Assembly: GCA_902799715.1 (NCBI GenBank)
Contig: CADCBS010000004.1
Span: 1 to 60,540 of the forward strand
Length of the DNA: 60,540 nt
Direction: 5' to 3'
Origin: an uncultured bacterium
GTDB lineage: Bacteria > Verrucomicrobiota > Kiritimatiellia > RFP12 > UBA1067
Positions 25,293 to 34,254 of this stretch are shown one piece after another. The position numbers and the translations under genes were made by a program. Positions within the stretch are counted from its first letter, which is position 1. Every line of letters begins with the position of its first letter. The notes beneath the pieces were generated by a model. That model was not told where the DNA came from and did no database searches. It saw nothing but the letters and a program-made list of their open reading frames with translations.

Positions 25293-28200
25293 TTATGCGA
25301 AAAAACTTGCGCTCTCGCCTTCGCCGAGATTCCCGGCCAGGACAACCGGCCCGGCGCCGGGGGCGACGGACACGCCATCGCCGACCGGCACCCAATCGCG
25401 GCCAGACCTGCGCTCGAGATACGCCGTCACCGCAACGCCTTCAAGTTCCGCCGGGACGGACAGGTTCTTGGCGCAAACCGCGAACCCGCCACTGGACGGG
25501 ACCTGCGCAAGCGCAGGCTCGCACAGCACGAGAGACGTCGCGTCCGTGGGACGCAGGCCCAAGCAGTACGACTTCCACAGCGGAAGCCCGTTCGCGCCCG
25601 TGGATGCAAGCGTACCTTCGCCGCACGTCTCCAGCCCGGCTTCCCCGGTCAGCCAGTCGCCCGGCACTTTCACGTCGAAATCGCCGCCTGCGTCTGCGTC
25701 GGCTATGCGGATGGTGAAGTACGAGGGCGCGACGTACACGAGATTGCCATCCTCGTCGATACTGAACTTGTCGCTTTCGCCTTCCGGGAAGGAGAACTTC
25801 GCGAGGTCTTCAACCTGGAGGCCCGCCCCGGATATGAGCGTGTAGGTCTTGCCGGGGGCGAAGACCGAACCGGACGCAAGCGTGACCGCAACAGTTCCTT
25901 CTTCGGGAAGCGTCAGCGTCTTGTTGGAAGCGATGGCAAGCGTCGTGTCGGTTTTCCCGAGCGTGAACTTCAGCGTCGTGTCGGCGGCGAGCGTCAGGTT
26001 GCCCCCCATCGTGACGGTGCCAGTCTGCGGGAGGGCGAGCGTCGTCCCCGTCGCGAACGAGATCGCGCCTGTCGTGATCCGCTTCCCGGCGTTGATCGCC
26101 AAGGTCGCCGTGTCCTTCACGTTCACCGCGCCGGAGAACGGCGCTCTGTTGCCGTTGTAGCTATCCGTGGTGTAGTGGTTCGCCACGACCGTGCCCTTGC
26201 CGGTGATGTTCACCGGCGTACCGTTGTCGTAGATGCCGGAGTTGAACGTTATCGTATGCCCTTTGCTGTCGCCCCAGCCAGTCGTGTTGAACGTGATATA
26301 GTCGACCTCCGTGCGGAACACTATCGGCAAGGCGATCTCGAAGTCGTTGGTGTACGCCTGGAATTCCGACTTCAAGAGGTTATACGATCTTGCCCAGAAG
26401 CAGCCGGTCGAGTTGCCGGCGATGCCTTGCGGCCCTATGATCCACTTCTGGTACGTCCTGTCCGAAGAAGTGTACAACGAATTGGCGCCGTTGTTCCTGA
26501 GCCCCCCGGCCACGATCACGCCGCCGCCGACAGAGTAGTTGTTGTTGTACTGCGGGTCGAGATCGCCGGACTTGAGGGTTATGAGGCCCGTCACGATGAA
26601 GGCGCCGCCCGTCTCGACCTTGTATACGATATACACACCCGATCCTCCGGTAAACTCAAGGTTGCCGTCCAAAGTGACCGTGGAGTTGGCGCCCACCGCC
26701 ACTTTCGACGTGTCGCTGAACGACGAGGCCGTAAGCGAGCCCGTAAACGTGACGACTCCCGAACCCATCGTAACCGCGCCGAATGCGACGTTGATGTCGG
26801 CATTGACGGTCTTCGCCGAACCGACGCCAGAGAAGTCGAGCGCGTCGCCGGCGCGCGGAACAAGTCCGTTCTTCCAGTTCCCCGGCGTGGAGAAGTTCGC
26901 GTCCATGCCGCCCATCCACACGCCGTAGGGATATGCTTCGGCGCGGTTGCCGATGCAGAGCTTGACGCTTGCGCCGTCGCGGAATATCCAGGCGTCTTTG
27001 CCGCCGGAAACCGCCGAGGCGTCGAGCGTGAAGTTCGAGAGGACGGTGTCCGCCAACGCCGAGGATGCGGTGAAGAGCGTGTATTCGCCGTCCGCGAGAG
27101 CGGAGTCGCCCGCCGCCTTCAGCGTCACCGTGCCGGGACCCGTGAACGCGAGCGTTCCGAAGAGCGCCGCGTCGCCGGAAGCGACAGGCGTCACTTCAAG
27201 CGTCGTCCCCGCCGTGAATGTGGTCTTGCCCGTCGTAAACTTCATGCCGGGGTTGACGGCCAAGGTCGCCGTGTCGTTCACCTTAACTTCGCCGGAATAA
27301 GGGTTCTTGCCGCCGAACGTCTTTGTGACATGGTTGACGACGACCTTGCCCGGTCCTGTAATGTAGACGGGAACGCCCTTGTCGGAGAATCCGGCGTCGA
27401 GCGTAATCGTGTGACCCAAACCGTCAAGACCGGTCGTGTTGTAGGTCCAGCTTTTCGCGTTCTCGCGCAGAACCGTCCAGAGCGAAACCGTGAAATCGTT
27501 CGTCCAAGGCTGGAACTCGGGATTGACCTTGCTGTTGGCGTTGACCCAAAGGCCGTTGTTCTCCGTGGTTCCCGTAATGCCGCCGGGACCGATGACCCAC
27601 TTATGCGTCACAGAATTGTCGTCGAGCGTTGCATAGATATTCTTGGCGCTGTCATTGACGACGCTTCCCGCCACGACCAGACCCGTTCCGGGGCTTGCCT
27701 GCGGACGCAACGCACAGTTCGATCCGGCCGCAAGGCCGAGCTTGCCCGTCACGATGAACTTGCCGCCGGCGTTCACCTTGTAGACGGCGTAATGGTCGGC
27801 GCCGTCGACATAAGTCAGCATCAAGTCGCCGTCGACCGTGACGGTCGAGTTCGCGCCGACCGCCACTTTCTCCATTTCGCTGAACGATGCCGCCTTCATC
27901 TTGTCCCCTGTGAAGGTGACGATGCCCGAACCCATCGTGACCGCGCCGAGCGCGGCGTCGATGTCGCCTTCGATAGTAGCCGCAGCAGTTACGCCGGAGA
28001 AGTCTACGGCCTCTCCCGCGACGGGAGCCGTTTCGTCAAGCCAGTTGGCGTCCGTAGACATCTTGCCGTCGCCCGCGAATCCGGTCCATGCGTTCCCGGG
28101 GAGGTTGCCGACATTGAGAAGAAGAACGCCATCTTTGACCATCCACGAATACACTTCGCCGCCTGTCGACGGAACGAGTCTGTCCTGCACGTCTGCGGCC

Positions 28201-31200
28201 GCCACATTGCCGGAGAATATCCTGTAGACGCCCTTCGCGAACGCCGAGCCGCCCTTCAAGAGCGTGACGTCGCCGGACGCGGGAAGCGCTATGGACGTTA
28301 TCGCGACGGGCGCGCCGCCGGCCACATCAAGCGTCGTGCCGCCCGCAAACGAAAGCGGACGCGACAGCGTCGCCACGCTCTCGCCGAGCGCGAGCGTGCC
28401 CTCGTTCACGTTCAGAGCGCCGGTGGCGGTCTGGTTGCGTTGGATGTTGAGGATGCCCGAACCTTTTTTGACGATCGCGCCCTCGCCCTGCGGGTCAGCC
28501 TGCAAATTGCAGGTGAAGGCCTGCGTATCGATCGTGAGCCCGCCCGCGCCGATTGTCATCGGCGTCGAGGACGGCCCGAAGTTCTGATGCGTTCCTATCG
28601 ACCAGCTGTCGGCGGCTGAGAGGACGAGCGTCGAATTGTCGAAACGCGCCGAGTTCGCAGGCCTGTCGTGAAAGACCTTGAAGCACTTCGCCGTGATTAC
28701 GCTGTCGACGAAATCTGCCGTGTAGAAGCCCGCGGTGTTCGCGCCTACTACATTGTGCCCGAGGTTGATTATACCCGTTCCGACATCGAGGACGGAGTTC
28801 GTCATCGCAAGCGAGAACTTGGGTTCGAGCGGGTTCCTGTTGCCTGAGTCGTAGCCGATATGGAGATTCTTGTTGTTCGCGACCCTGAACGTGGAATTGC
28901 TGAACATCATGTACATTTCAGGCGTATCGGCCTCAGTCGTGTTGTCGCGGCACGTCATTATGTATGTTTCGCCGCCGGTCTGGAAAAGGCCGCCGTCCGT
29001 GACATTGAACCGGAGCGTCCCACGACGCGAGTTCTGCATGAACCAGTTGTTGCCGTTTTCGTCCGAAACCATCTGGCCGCCGAAGATATTGACCGTTGTG
29101 TCCGAATCGACGTTCGCGTCGTACGAGGCATTCCACGTATAGCGGGCCGACGACCTAAACACGGCGTCTTTCGCAATCGTAAGGACGGCAGGAGCCGCGG
29201 CTCCGTTAAAACCGGGATTCGCCGTAGTATGGAATGTACCGTTCGCGAGAGTGACGTCCATGCCGGGAGCCATGTAGCGGTTCGCGGCGACGGAAAAATC
29301 GGTGGAAAGCGTCTCGCCGTCGCAGTCGAGCGCGACCGGCTTTGAAGGATCCGTGCCGAGCGTCAGTTTCGCGGGAGCGACCGTCGCGCCGGAAAGGACC
29401 TTGAGCGTCCCTTCCGTGACTGTCGTCTGCTCCGTGCGGCTTGCGCCAAGGGCGAGCGTGCCCGCGCCCTTCTTCTCGATCGCGCCGGCCATGGGGGCCG
29501 TAACGGTCGCCGTGACGCCCTGCGCGACCGAAACCGACGGGACGGTGAGGGTGGCAGCGCCGTCCACGGTCGCGTTGTCGCGAAATACGATTTCGTTCAC
29601 AGCCGCGTTCGCAGCGAGCGTCGCCGCCGCGCCGTCCGTCGCGAAGATGGCGTTGTTGCCATCCTCCCAGTCTGCGGCGGCAGAATTCCTGTCCCATGCA
29701 CCCGTATCGTCCCAGCTTGTCCCGCTGCCATTCCAAGTGTAGTCGTCGGCAGTGATCGTGAGCGTGAGCGCACCGTTCACGACCGCGACCTCATGGGGAA
29801 GCGCGACAGCGCCGAATGTCGGGTTGACATTGAACTTTGCCGCGTCATCCGTCTCGAAAAGTGCAAATGTCGTGCCTGCGGCGGGTGCGGCGGTGAAGTT
29901 GAGGTTGATTGTGGCAGGATTGGCCGCCGTCGCAGTGATGTTCGTCGTCGTGACGGAAATCGCGTCTGTCTCCGTGGCGTTGGCGTCAAGACTGAGGATG
30001 CCGCCAGCGCCAAGAGTGAACGCATCGAGCGTATAGGCCGCAACCGCGCCGTCGCGCGTAAAATAGTCGGTCGTGCCGCCGGAAGCGAGCGTCAAGTCAG
30101 GAGAATCGTCGGTTATCGTCGCGCCTGCGAGTGTCAGGACGCCGCCGTCAGTCGCGGAAAGCACCACTGACGAAGCGGAGAGCGCGCCAGAAAGGGTCAG
30201 GTTGCCGCCCTCGGCGCGGAACGCGGATGCCGCGTAATCCTTTGTTGACGCCCATGTTCCGTTCGATACGACGAGCGGGCCCGTGAACGTCATCTTCTTC
30301 GTGGGCGACGACCCGGTGATGTTATTCCACGTTATAGAGCCGGCGCCGGTCTTCGTGATGCCGCCTGCACCCTTGAGCGCGGAGGAGTTGTCGTCGGTTG
30401 TCAGCGATACGCCGGAGGGGATGTCGATTGTCAGCCCGCCGGACTGTATCTCGTAGATGTCGGTCGTGACGGCGGTGTTCTGCCCGATGAAGCTTTTGTT
30501 GCCGCTGGCACCGGCGTAATGGATCGTCGCGCCGTTGAACTTCACCGAGGGCTGCGGATACAAGTAGGCGTAAATCTGGTGGTACAGTGTCAGGTCTGCG
30601 CCTGAGCCAAAGGTGATCGTGTTTGCGCTGCTCGCCGGAGTGTTGAGATATGACGTCGTCTGCCCGATTGTGATCTGATTCGCAGTAATCTTGGAATCCG
30701 CAACAGACGCCGTCATTTTGAGGGTCTTGTGCTTCTTGCTGTTAGCCTGTTCCATGCCACCGAACGTGATGTTCTTGCCGCTCGGAACCGCCATCTCCGA
30801 GTTGCTCGCCATCGTGAAGCTGATGACTACATCGCGATTGTCCGTGGTGGAACTTGCCCTGGCTGTGAACTTGATGTCCGTAGAAGAGCAAATGAACTTT
30901 CCGTTGTTGAGCGAAACGCTCGTCGTGCCGCCGTAAGTTCCCTCGTTGCTGGCGCGCTTTCCGAAGTAGGGCGTAGACGTTGAGGTGTAGTTTATGGTCG
31001 CGCCGTTTATATTCAGGGTTGTCGTGCCGGCGAGTCCCCACCATCCGCTTGTCTGGTTCACGGTCAGACCGGAGCCGAGCGTCGTCGTGGCATCAGCCAA
31101 TGTCTGGTTGGCGGAAACGTCCAACGTGCCGTTGATCCACGTCTTGCCTTTCAGTCCGTCCGCAGTAGTAATTGACCGTGTGCCGCCGTTAAGGTCTTCG

Positions 31201-31295
31201 TCGGCGACGGCAGTTGTTGCAGCGAAGAGCGCGAAAGCCAACGCGACAGCCGCCTTTGTCGCCGCCGCGCTTATTCTTTTCATTGTCGTTTTCAT
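25293..31295 (-). CDS. Giant (2000 aa) secreted beta-helix surface protein/adhesin-like with PATR-type repeats and an internally duplicated ~389-aa module.
   Basis: Signal peptide MKTTMKRISAAATKAAVALAFALFAATTAVA. Repeats of type KKGAGTLALG...EGTLKV. AGGA SD upstream. Confidence 0.9.
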   Translation of the reverse strand: MKTTMKRISAAATKAAVALAFALFAATTAVADEDLNGGTRSITTADGLKGKTWINGTLDVSANQTLADATTTLGSGLTVNQTSGWWGLAGTTTLNINGATINYTSTSTPYFGKRASNEGTYGGTTSVSLNNGKFICSSTDIKFTARASSTTDNRDVVISFTMASNSEMAVPSGKNITFGGMEQANSKKHKTLKMTASVADSKITANQITIGQTTSYLNTPASSANTITFGSGADLTLYHQIYAYLYPQPSVKFNGATIHYAGASGNKSFIGQNTAVTTDIYEIQSGGLTIDIPSGVSLTTDDNSSALKGAGGITKTGAGSITWNNITGSSPTKKMTFTGPLVVSNGTWASTKDYAASAFRAEGGNLTLSGALSASSVVLSATDGGVLTLAGATITDDSPDLTLASGGTTDYFTRDGAVAAYTLDAFTLGAGGILSLDANATETDAISVTTTNITATAANPATINLNFTAAPAAGTTFALFETDDAAKFNVNPTFGAVALPHEVAVVNGALTLTITADDYTWNGSGTSWDDTGAWDRNSAAADWEDGNNAIFATDGAAATLAANAAVNEIVFRDNATVDGAATLTVPSVSVAQGVTATVTAPMAGAIEKKGAGTLALGASRTEQTTVTEGTLKVLSGATVAPAKLTLGTDPSKPVALDCDGETLSTDFSVAANRYMAPGMDVTLANGTFHTTANPGFNGAAAPAVLTIAKDAVFRSSARYTWNASYDANVDSDTTVNIFGGQMVSDENGNNWFMQNSRRGTLRFNVTDGGLFQTGGETYIMTCRDNTTEADTPEMYMMFSNSTFRVANNKNLHIGYDSGNRNPLEPKFSLAMTNSVLDVGTGIINLGHNVVGANTAGFYTADFVDSVITAKCFKVFHDRPANSARFDNSTLVLSAADSWSIGTHQNFGPSSTPMTIGAGGLTIDTQAFTCNLQADPQGEGAIVKKGSGILNIQRNQTATGALNVNEGTLALGESVATLSRPLSFAGGTTLDVAGGAPVAITSIALPASGDVTLLKGGSAFAKGVYRIFSGNVAAADVQDRLVPSTGGEVYSWMVKDGVLLLNVGNLPGNAWTGFAGDGKMSTDANWLDETAPVAGEAVDFSGVTAAATIEGDIDAALGAVTMGSGIVTFTGDKMKAASFSEMEKVAVGANSTVTVDGDLMLTYVDGADHYAVYKVNAGGKFIVTGKLGLAAGSNCALRPQASPGTGLVVAGSVVNDSAKNIYATLDDNSVTHKWVIGPGGITGTTENNGLWVNANSKVNPEFQPWTNDFTVSLWTVLRENAKSWTYNTTGLDGLGHTITLDAGFSDKGVPVYITGPGKVVVNHVTKTFGGKNPYSGEVKVNDTATLAVNPGMKFTTGKTTFTAGTTLEVTPVASGDAALFGTLAFTGPGTVTLKAAGDSALADGEYTLFTASSALADTVLSNFTLDASAVSGGKDAWIFRDGASVKLCIGNRAEAYPYGVWMGGMDANFSTPGNWKNGLVPRAGDALDFSGVGSAKTVNADINVAFGAVTMGSGVVTFTGSLTASSFSDTSKVAVGANSTVTLDGNLEFTGGSGVYIVYKVETGGAFIVTGLITLKSGDLDPQYNNNYSVGGGVIVAGGLRNNGANSLYTSSDRTYQKWIIGPQGIAGNSTGCFWARSYNLLKSEFQAYTNDFEIALPIVFRTEVDYITFNTTGWGDSKGHTITFNSGIYDNGTPVNITGKGTVVANHYTTDSYNGNRAPFSGAVNVKDTATLAINAGKRITTGAISFATGTTLALPQTGTVTMGGNLTLAADTTLKFTLGKTDTTLAIASNKTLTLPEEGTVAVTLASGSVFAPGKTYTLISGAGLQVEDLAKFSFPEGESDKFSIDEDGNLVYVAPSYFTIRIADADAGGDFDVKVPGDWLTGEAGLETCGEGTLASTGANGLPLWKSYCLGLRPTDATSLVLCEPALAQVPSSGGFAVCAKNLSVPAELEGVAVTAYLERRSGRDWVPVGDGVSVAPGAGPVVLAGNLGEGESASFFA

Positions 31296-31357
31296 TTTTG
31301 TTTTTCCTTTCGGGTTAGTAGTTAGTCAATGGAAAGTGTTTGGGTGTTTGAGTTGTT

Positions 31358-31503
31358 GAATGTTGCCAGTGTGGAAGTGTTGCCAGTACCAGTGTTGCCA
31401 ATTTCCAATTGAGAATTGGTATTGGAATTGGAATTGGATATTTTCACATTGGCAACATTTTACAAGTGTTGGGGCCGGTAGGGCGCGATGACCCCATCGC
31501 GCC
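31358..31503. repeat. Mirrored (back-to-back) copy of the composite repeat. Degenerate 17-nt units point toward the giant gene (31358-31410) and toward the + strand (31441-31470), centred on CCAATTgagAATTGG. A REP variant lies at 31477-31503.
   Basis: Direct reading on both strands. The REP variant GGCGCGATG-accc-CATCGCGCC carries a compensatory T>A / A>T pair relative to GGCGCGTTG-tcc-CAACGCGCC. Confidence 0.75.
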
Positions 31504-31591
31504 GCAAAACAAAAACACCCCGCGCCATCCCGCGTGAAACGCGCAGGAAGGCGTCTGCAACGCGCCGGGAGCGCGTTCTTGCTATGAACGT

Positions 31592-31608
31592 GGGGGGGGG
31601 GGGGGGGG
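31592..31608 (+). repeat. Homopolymeric G17 tract (C17 on the minus strand) in the divergent intergenic region.
   Basis: Counted directly (9 + 8 G). Confidence 0.95.
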
Positions 31609-31825
31609 TAAAATGCAAAGCCTCGCCTGCGCGCCGTCCGGCGCGCTCTCAAGGGCGTTCCATGTGATTTTCTCTCTGTCATGGTATCGTCTTCAAGGCT
31701 CTGGCGCATTGCGGAAAGACACCCCCGCAAACGTGCCGATAGTATGCAAAATCCCCCGGCGCGAAGTCAAGCGCGAAAATGCCGCCAACGCGCGGCTTGA
31801 AACTGTGGCGCGCGGCAATGCGATT

Positions 31826-31834
31826 TGCTATACT
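31826..31834 (+). promoter_or_regulatory. Extended -10 TGcTATACT, candidate promoter of the lipoprotein/ABC operon.
   Basis: Motif read directly, about 55 nt upstream of ATG 31889, which has a GGAGA SD. Confidence 0.4.
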
Positions 31835-31888
31835 CGCGCGGCGACCGGACGGCAGGACCTGCGCGTCCGGCGCTGGAGACGCACACCA

Positions 31889-32629
31889 ATGGATAAAACT
31901 GCATTTCACGTTCTCGCCGCGCTGGCGGCGCTTCCGCTTGCGGGATGCTTCACCTTGACCGAAACCCCCGCGCCGAAAATCGAAATCGCACAGGCCGCGG
32001 AATCGGCCCCCGCCGTGAACATAGGCGGATACGCGGTCGAAGTGGTGAACTACATCCCAGTGTACGGCTGGGAGACGCGATACGCCTCCGGATGGGGATA
32101 CGGCGGCCGCCGCGGGCGCTACCGCCACCCGCACTGGCAGACCGTCGCCACCGAAACCTACATCCCGCAGGCGGGCGTCACCGATTTCTACCTGCGGCGC
32201 GCAGCGCACCTTCTCGAGGACAGCGGGCTGATAGTGGCCACGACAAACGCGCAGTACGAAATCTCCGGCGAGTTCACCGGGCCGTTCACGCCGGAAGGGA
32301 CGCGGTGGCGGATGGCGGCCATCGACATCGGCTCGCTTTTCTTCGCGCTCTACGACGCTTCGGAGTGGCAGCTTGAAGTGCGCGTCCGCGACACGTCCAC
32401 GGGGCGCGTCGTATTCTCGCGCACGCTGCGCCAGGAATACGAATGCTGCGCCTTTTCGCCGTTCTGGCTGTTCGGGCTTGCGATGCACGACGGCATAAAC
32501 GGCGACTGGCAGAAGTCGTGGTGCCTTCAGGTTCTGACCGACCGCTCCGTGGCGGAAATCTCGAAGTTCCTGCAATCCGCGCAAAAGGGAGCAACGAAGG
32601 AAACGGCACGGGGGGCGAAGGCGGAATGA
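31889..32629 (+). CDS. Lipoprotein of unknown function (first gene of the ABC operon).
   Basis: MDKTAFHVLAALAALPLAGC lipobox. ATGA overlap with the downstream ABC ATPase. The track ORF start at 31613 was rejected. Confidence 0.7.
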   Translation: MDKTAFHVLAALAALPLAGCFTLTETPAPKIEIAQAAESAPAVNIGGYAVEVVNYIPVYGWETRYASGWGYGGRRGRYRHPHWQTVATETYIPQAGVTDFYLRRAAHLLEDSGLIVATTNAQYEISGEFTGPFTPEGTRWRMAAIDIGSLFFALYDASEWQLEVRVRDTSTGRVVFSRTLRQEYECCAFSPFWLFGLAMHDGINGDWQKSWCLQVLTDRSVAEISKFLQSAQKGATKETARGAKAE

Positions 32630-33435
32630 GCGGAACAGACGACACGCCCGGAGCCGCCGCCACGCTCGAATCGGTGTGCTTCATGTATCCGGGGCAGGAG
32701 GCCCTGCACGACGTCACGCTCTCGATCCCGGCGCGTTCGCTCGTGGCGATCGTGGGGCCGAACGGGGGAGGGAAGACCACGTTGCTGCGCATACTGCTCG
32801 GCGAGCTGAAGCCGGCGTGCGGCAAGGTGCGGGTGCTCGGCGAAGACCCTGCGCGCGCGCGCAGGCGCGTCGGATACGTCCCGCAGAAGGTCGACGTCGA
32901 TCCGCGCTTTCCGCTTTCCGTGCGCGAGGCCGCGCTGATGGGACGCGCGGGAATGGCCGGGCTGTTCTATTCCGCGGCTGACAGGAAATGCGCCGACGAG
33001 GCGCTCGACCGCGTCGGAATGCTCGAGCTCCGCGACAGGCCGGTTTCCTCCCTTTCCGGCGGCGAGTGGCAGCGCGTCCTGATCGCGCAGGCTCTCGCGG
33101 CCGGGCCGGAGCTGCTGCTGCTGGACGAGCCGGTGGCGAACGTCGACCCGGAGCACGCGGCGCGGCTGTACGCGCTTTTCGAAGAGCTTTCGGCGGGAGT
33201 GTCGGTGCTGATGGTGTCGCACAACCTGTCCGCCGTGACGGACCGCGCCAAATACGTGATCTGCGTGAACAGGACGGCCGGGATGCACAAGCTCGGCGAA
33301 ATAGCGTCCGAAACTTTCCGCACGTCGTTCGGGCAGTCGCTCGCGCTCCTGCGCCACGACCACTGCCCGGTGGGGTGCGACTGCACGCCGGGATGCGCCC
33401 ACTTCGCGGGCGGGGGGAAGGAGGCGGCGCGGTGA
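32626..33435 (+). CDS. ABC transporter ATP-binding protein, metal (Zn/Mn) ZnuC/MntB-like.
   Basis: Walker A GPNGGGKTT, signature LSGGEWQRV, Walker B LLLLDEP. Confidence 0.8.
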   Translation: MSGTDDTPGAAATLESVCFMYPGQEALHDVTLSIPARSLVAIVGPNGGGKTTLLRILLGELKPACGKVRVLGEDPARARRRVGYVPQKVDVDPRFPLSVREAALMGRAGMAGLFYSAADRKCADEALDRVGMLELRDRPVSSLSGGEWQRVLIAQALAAGPELLLLDEPVANVDPEHAARLYALFEELSAGVSVLMVSHNLSAVTDRAKYVICVNRTAGMHKLGEIASETFRTSFGQSLALLRHDHCPVGCDCTPGCAHFAGGGKEAAR

Positions 33436-34253
33436 ACGCGGAAGGACTGTGCAATCCCCTGTGCGCGGCCGCGCTTTCCGCCGCGGCGGCGGGGCTTCTC
33501 GGCCCGTTCGTCCTGGCCCGCCGCGCCACGTACGTCGCCGGCGCGGTTTCGCACAGCATGATGGCGGGCATAGGGCTGGCCGCATACTGCGGCGCGAAAC
33601 TGGGCATGGAGTGGTTCACTCCGTTCGCGGGGTCGATAGCCGCGGCCGTGGCCGCCGCCCTGGCGCTCGCGGCGTTCTCCCGCAAGAACGATGCGCGCAC
33701 GGACGCCGTGCTGAGCGGAATCTGGGCCGGCGGCTTCGCGACCGGGCTCGTCCTGATGCTCGCGTCCACGGGGGAGGAGGCCGACGTGGAGGAATACCTT
33801 GTCGGGTCGATACTCGGCGTTGAAAGCGGCAGGCTCGTGTCGCTCGCGGCGCTCGACGCCGCGATAGCCGCGATAGTCTGCCTCGGCTTCGGCAGGCTGA
33901 CGGCGCTGTCTTTCGACAAGCGCCTCGCCGGGCTGCGCGGCGTGAACGTGCCGCTGTGGGAAACGGCGTTCGCCGTGGCGACCGCGCTCGCGGTGGCCCT
34001 GCTCGCGCACACGGGCGGGATACTGACGGCGATCGCGCTGCTTTCGCTGCCCGCGGCCGCGGCGTCGCGGTTCTCCCGCTCGATACGCGGACAGATGGCG
34101 CTCGCGGCGGCGTTCGCGTTCGCGGCGGAATGCGCGGCCGTGGCCGCAGGCAAGATGCTCGATCCGCGGGTTTCCTCCGCCGTCGCGGTGTTCGTCCTCC
34201 TTGCGGCATGCGCGATCCCCGCGCCGGGACGGAACGGAAAGGGAAGGTCCTGA
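33432..34253 (+). CDS. ABC-3 family metal transporter permease (ZnuB/MntC-like).
   Basis: Polytopic membrane protein. GTG start in a GTGA overlap with the ATPase stop. Size and composition typical of ABC-3 permeases. Confidence 0.7.
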   Translation: MNAEGLCNPLCAAALSAAAAGLLGPFVLARRATYVAGAVSHSMMAGIGLAAYCGAKLGMEWFTPFAGSIAAAVAAALALAAFSRKNDARTDAVLSGIWAGGFATGLVLMLASTGEEADVEEYLVGSILGVESGRLVSLAALDAAIAAIVCLGFGRLTALSFDKRLAGLRGVNVPLWETAFAVATALAVALLAHTGGILTAIALLSLPAAAASRFSRSIRGQMALAAAFAFAAECAAVAAGKMLDPRVSSAVAVFVLLAACAIPAPGRNGKGRS

Positions 34254-34254
34254 C

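Noticed and set aside
25116-28619. 1167-aa ORF on the plus strand.
   Set aside because: It is entirely antisense to the 2000-aa giant gene. The composition is Arg/Gly/Ala/Val-rich and low-complexity with no motifs, and its start lies inside the REP repeats. It is a typical shadow ORF of GC-rich DNA.
31326-31730. 134-aa minus-strand ORF containing the poly-Pro stretch encoded by the C17 tract.
   Set aside because: It runs through the repeat element (QFQFQYQFSIGNWQHWYWQHFH), has no SD or signal features, and ends in a stop 10 codons before the giant gene ATG. It is treated as non-coding, although the tract itself is reported.
31613-31888. Long 338-aa form of the lipoprotein ORF starting at ATG 31613.
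   Set aside because: The 92 extra residues precede a perfect lipoprotein signal peptide. The stretch contains AT-rich promoter-like DNA, including TGcTATACT at 31826-31834, and ATG 31889 has its own GGAGA SD. By rough estimate, a stop-free run of this length has about a 10% chance in DNA of this GC content.
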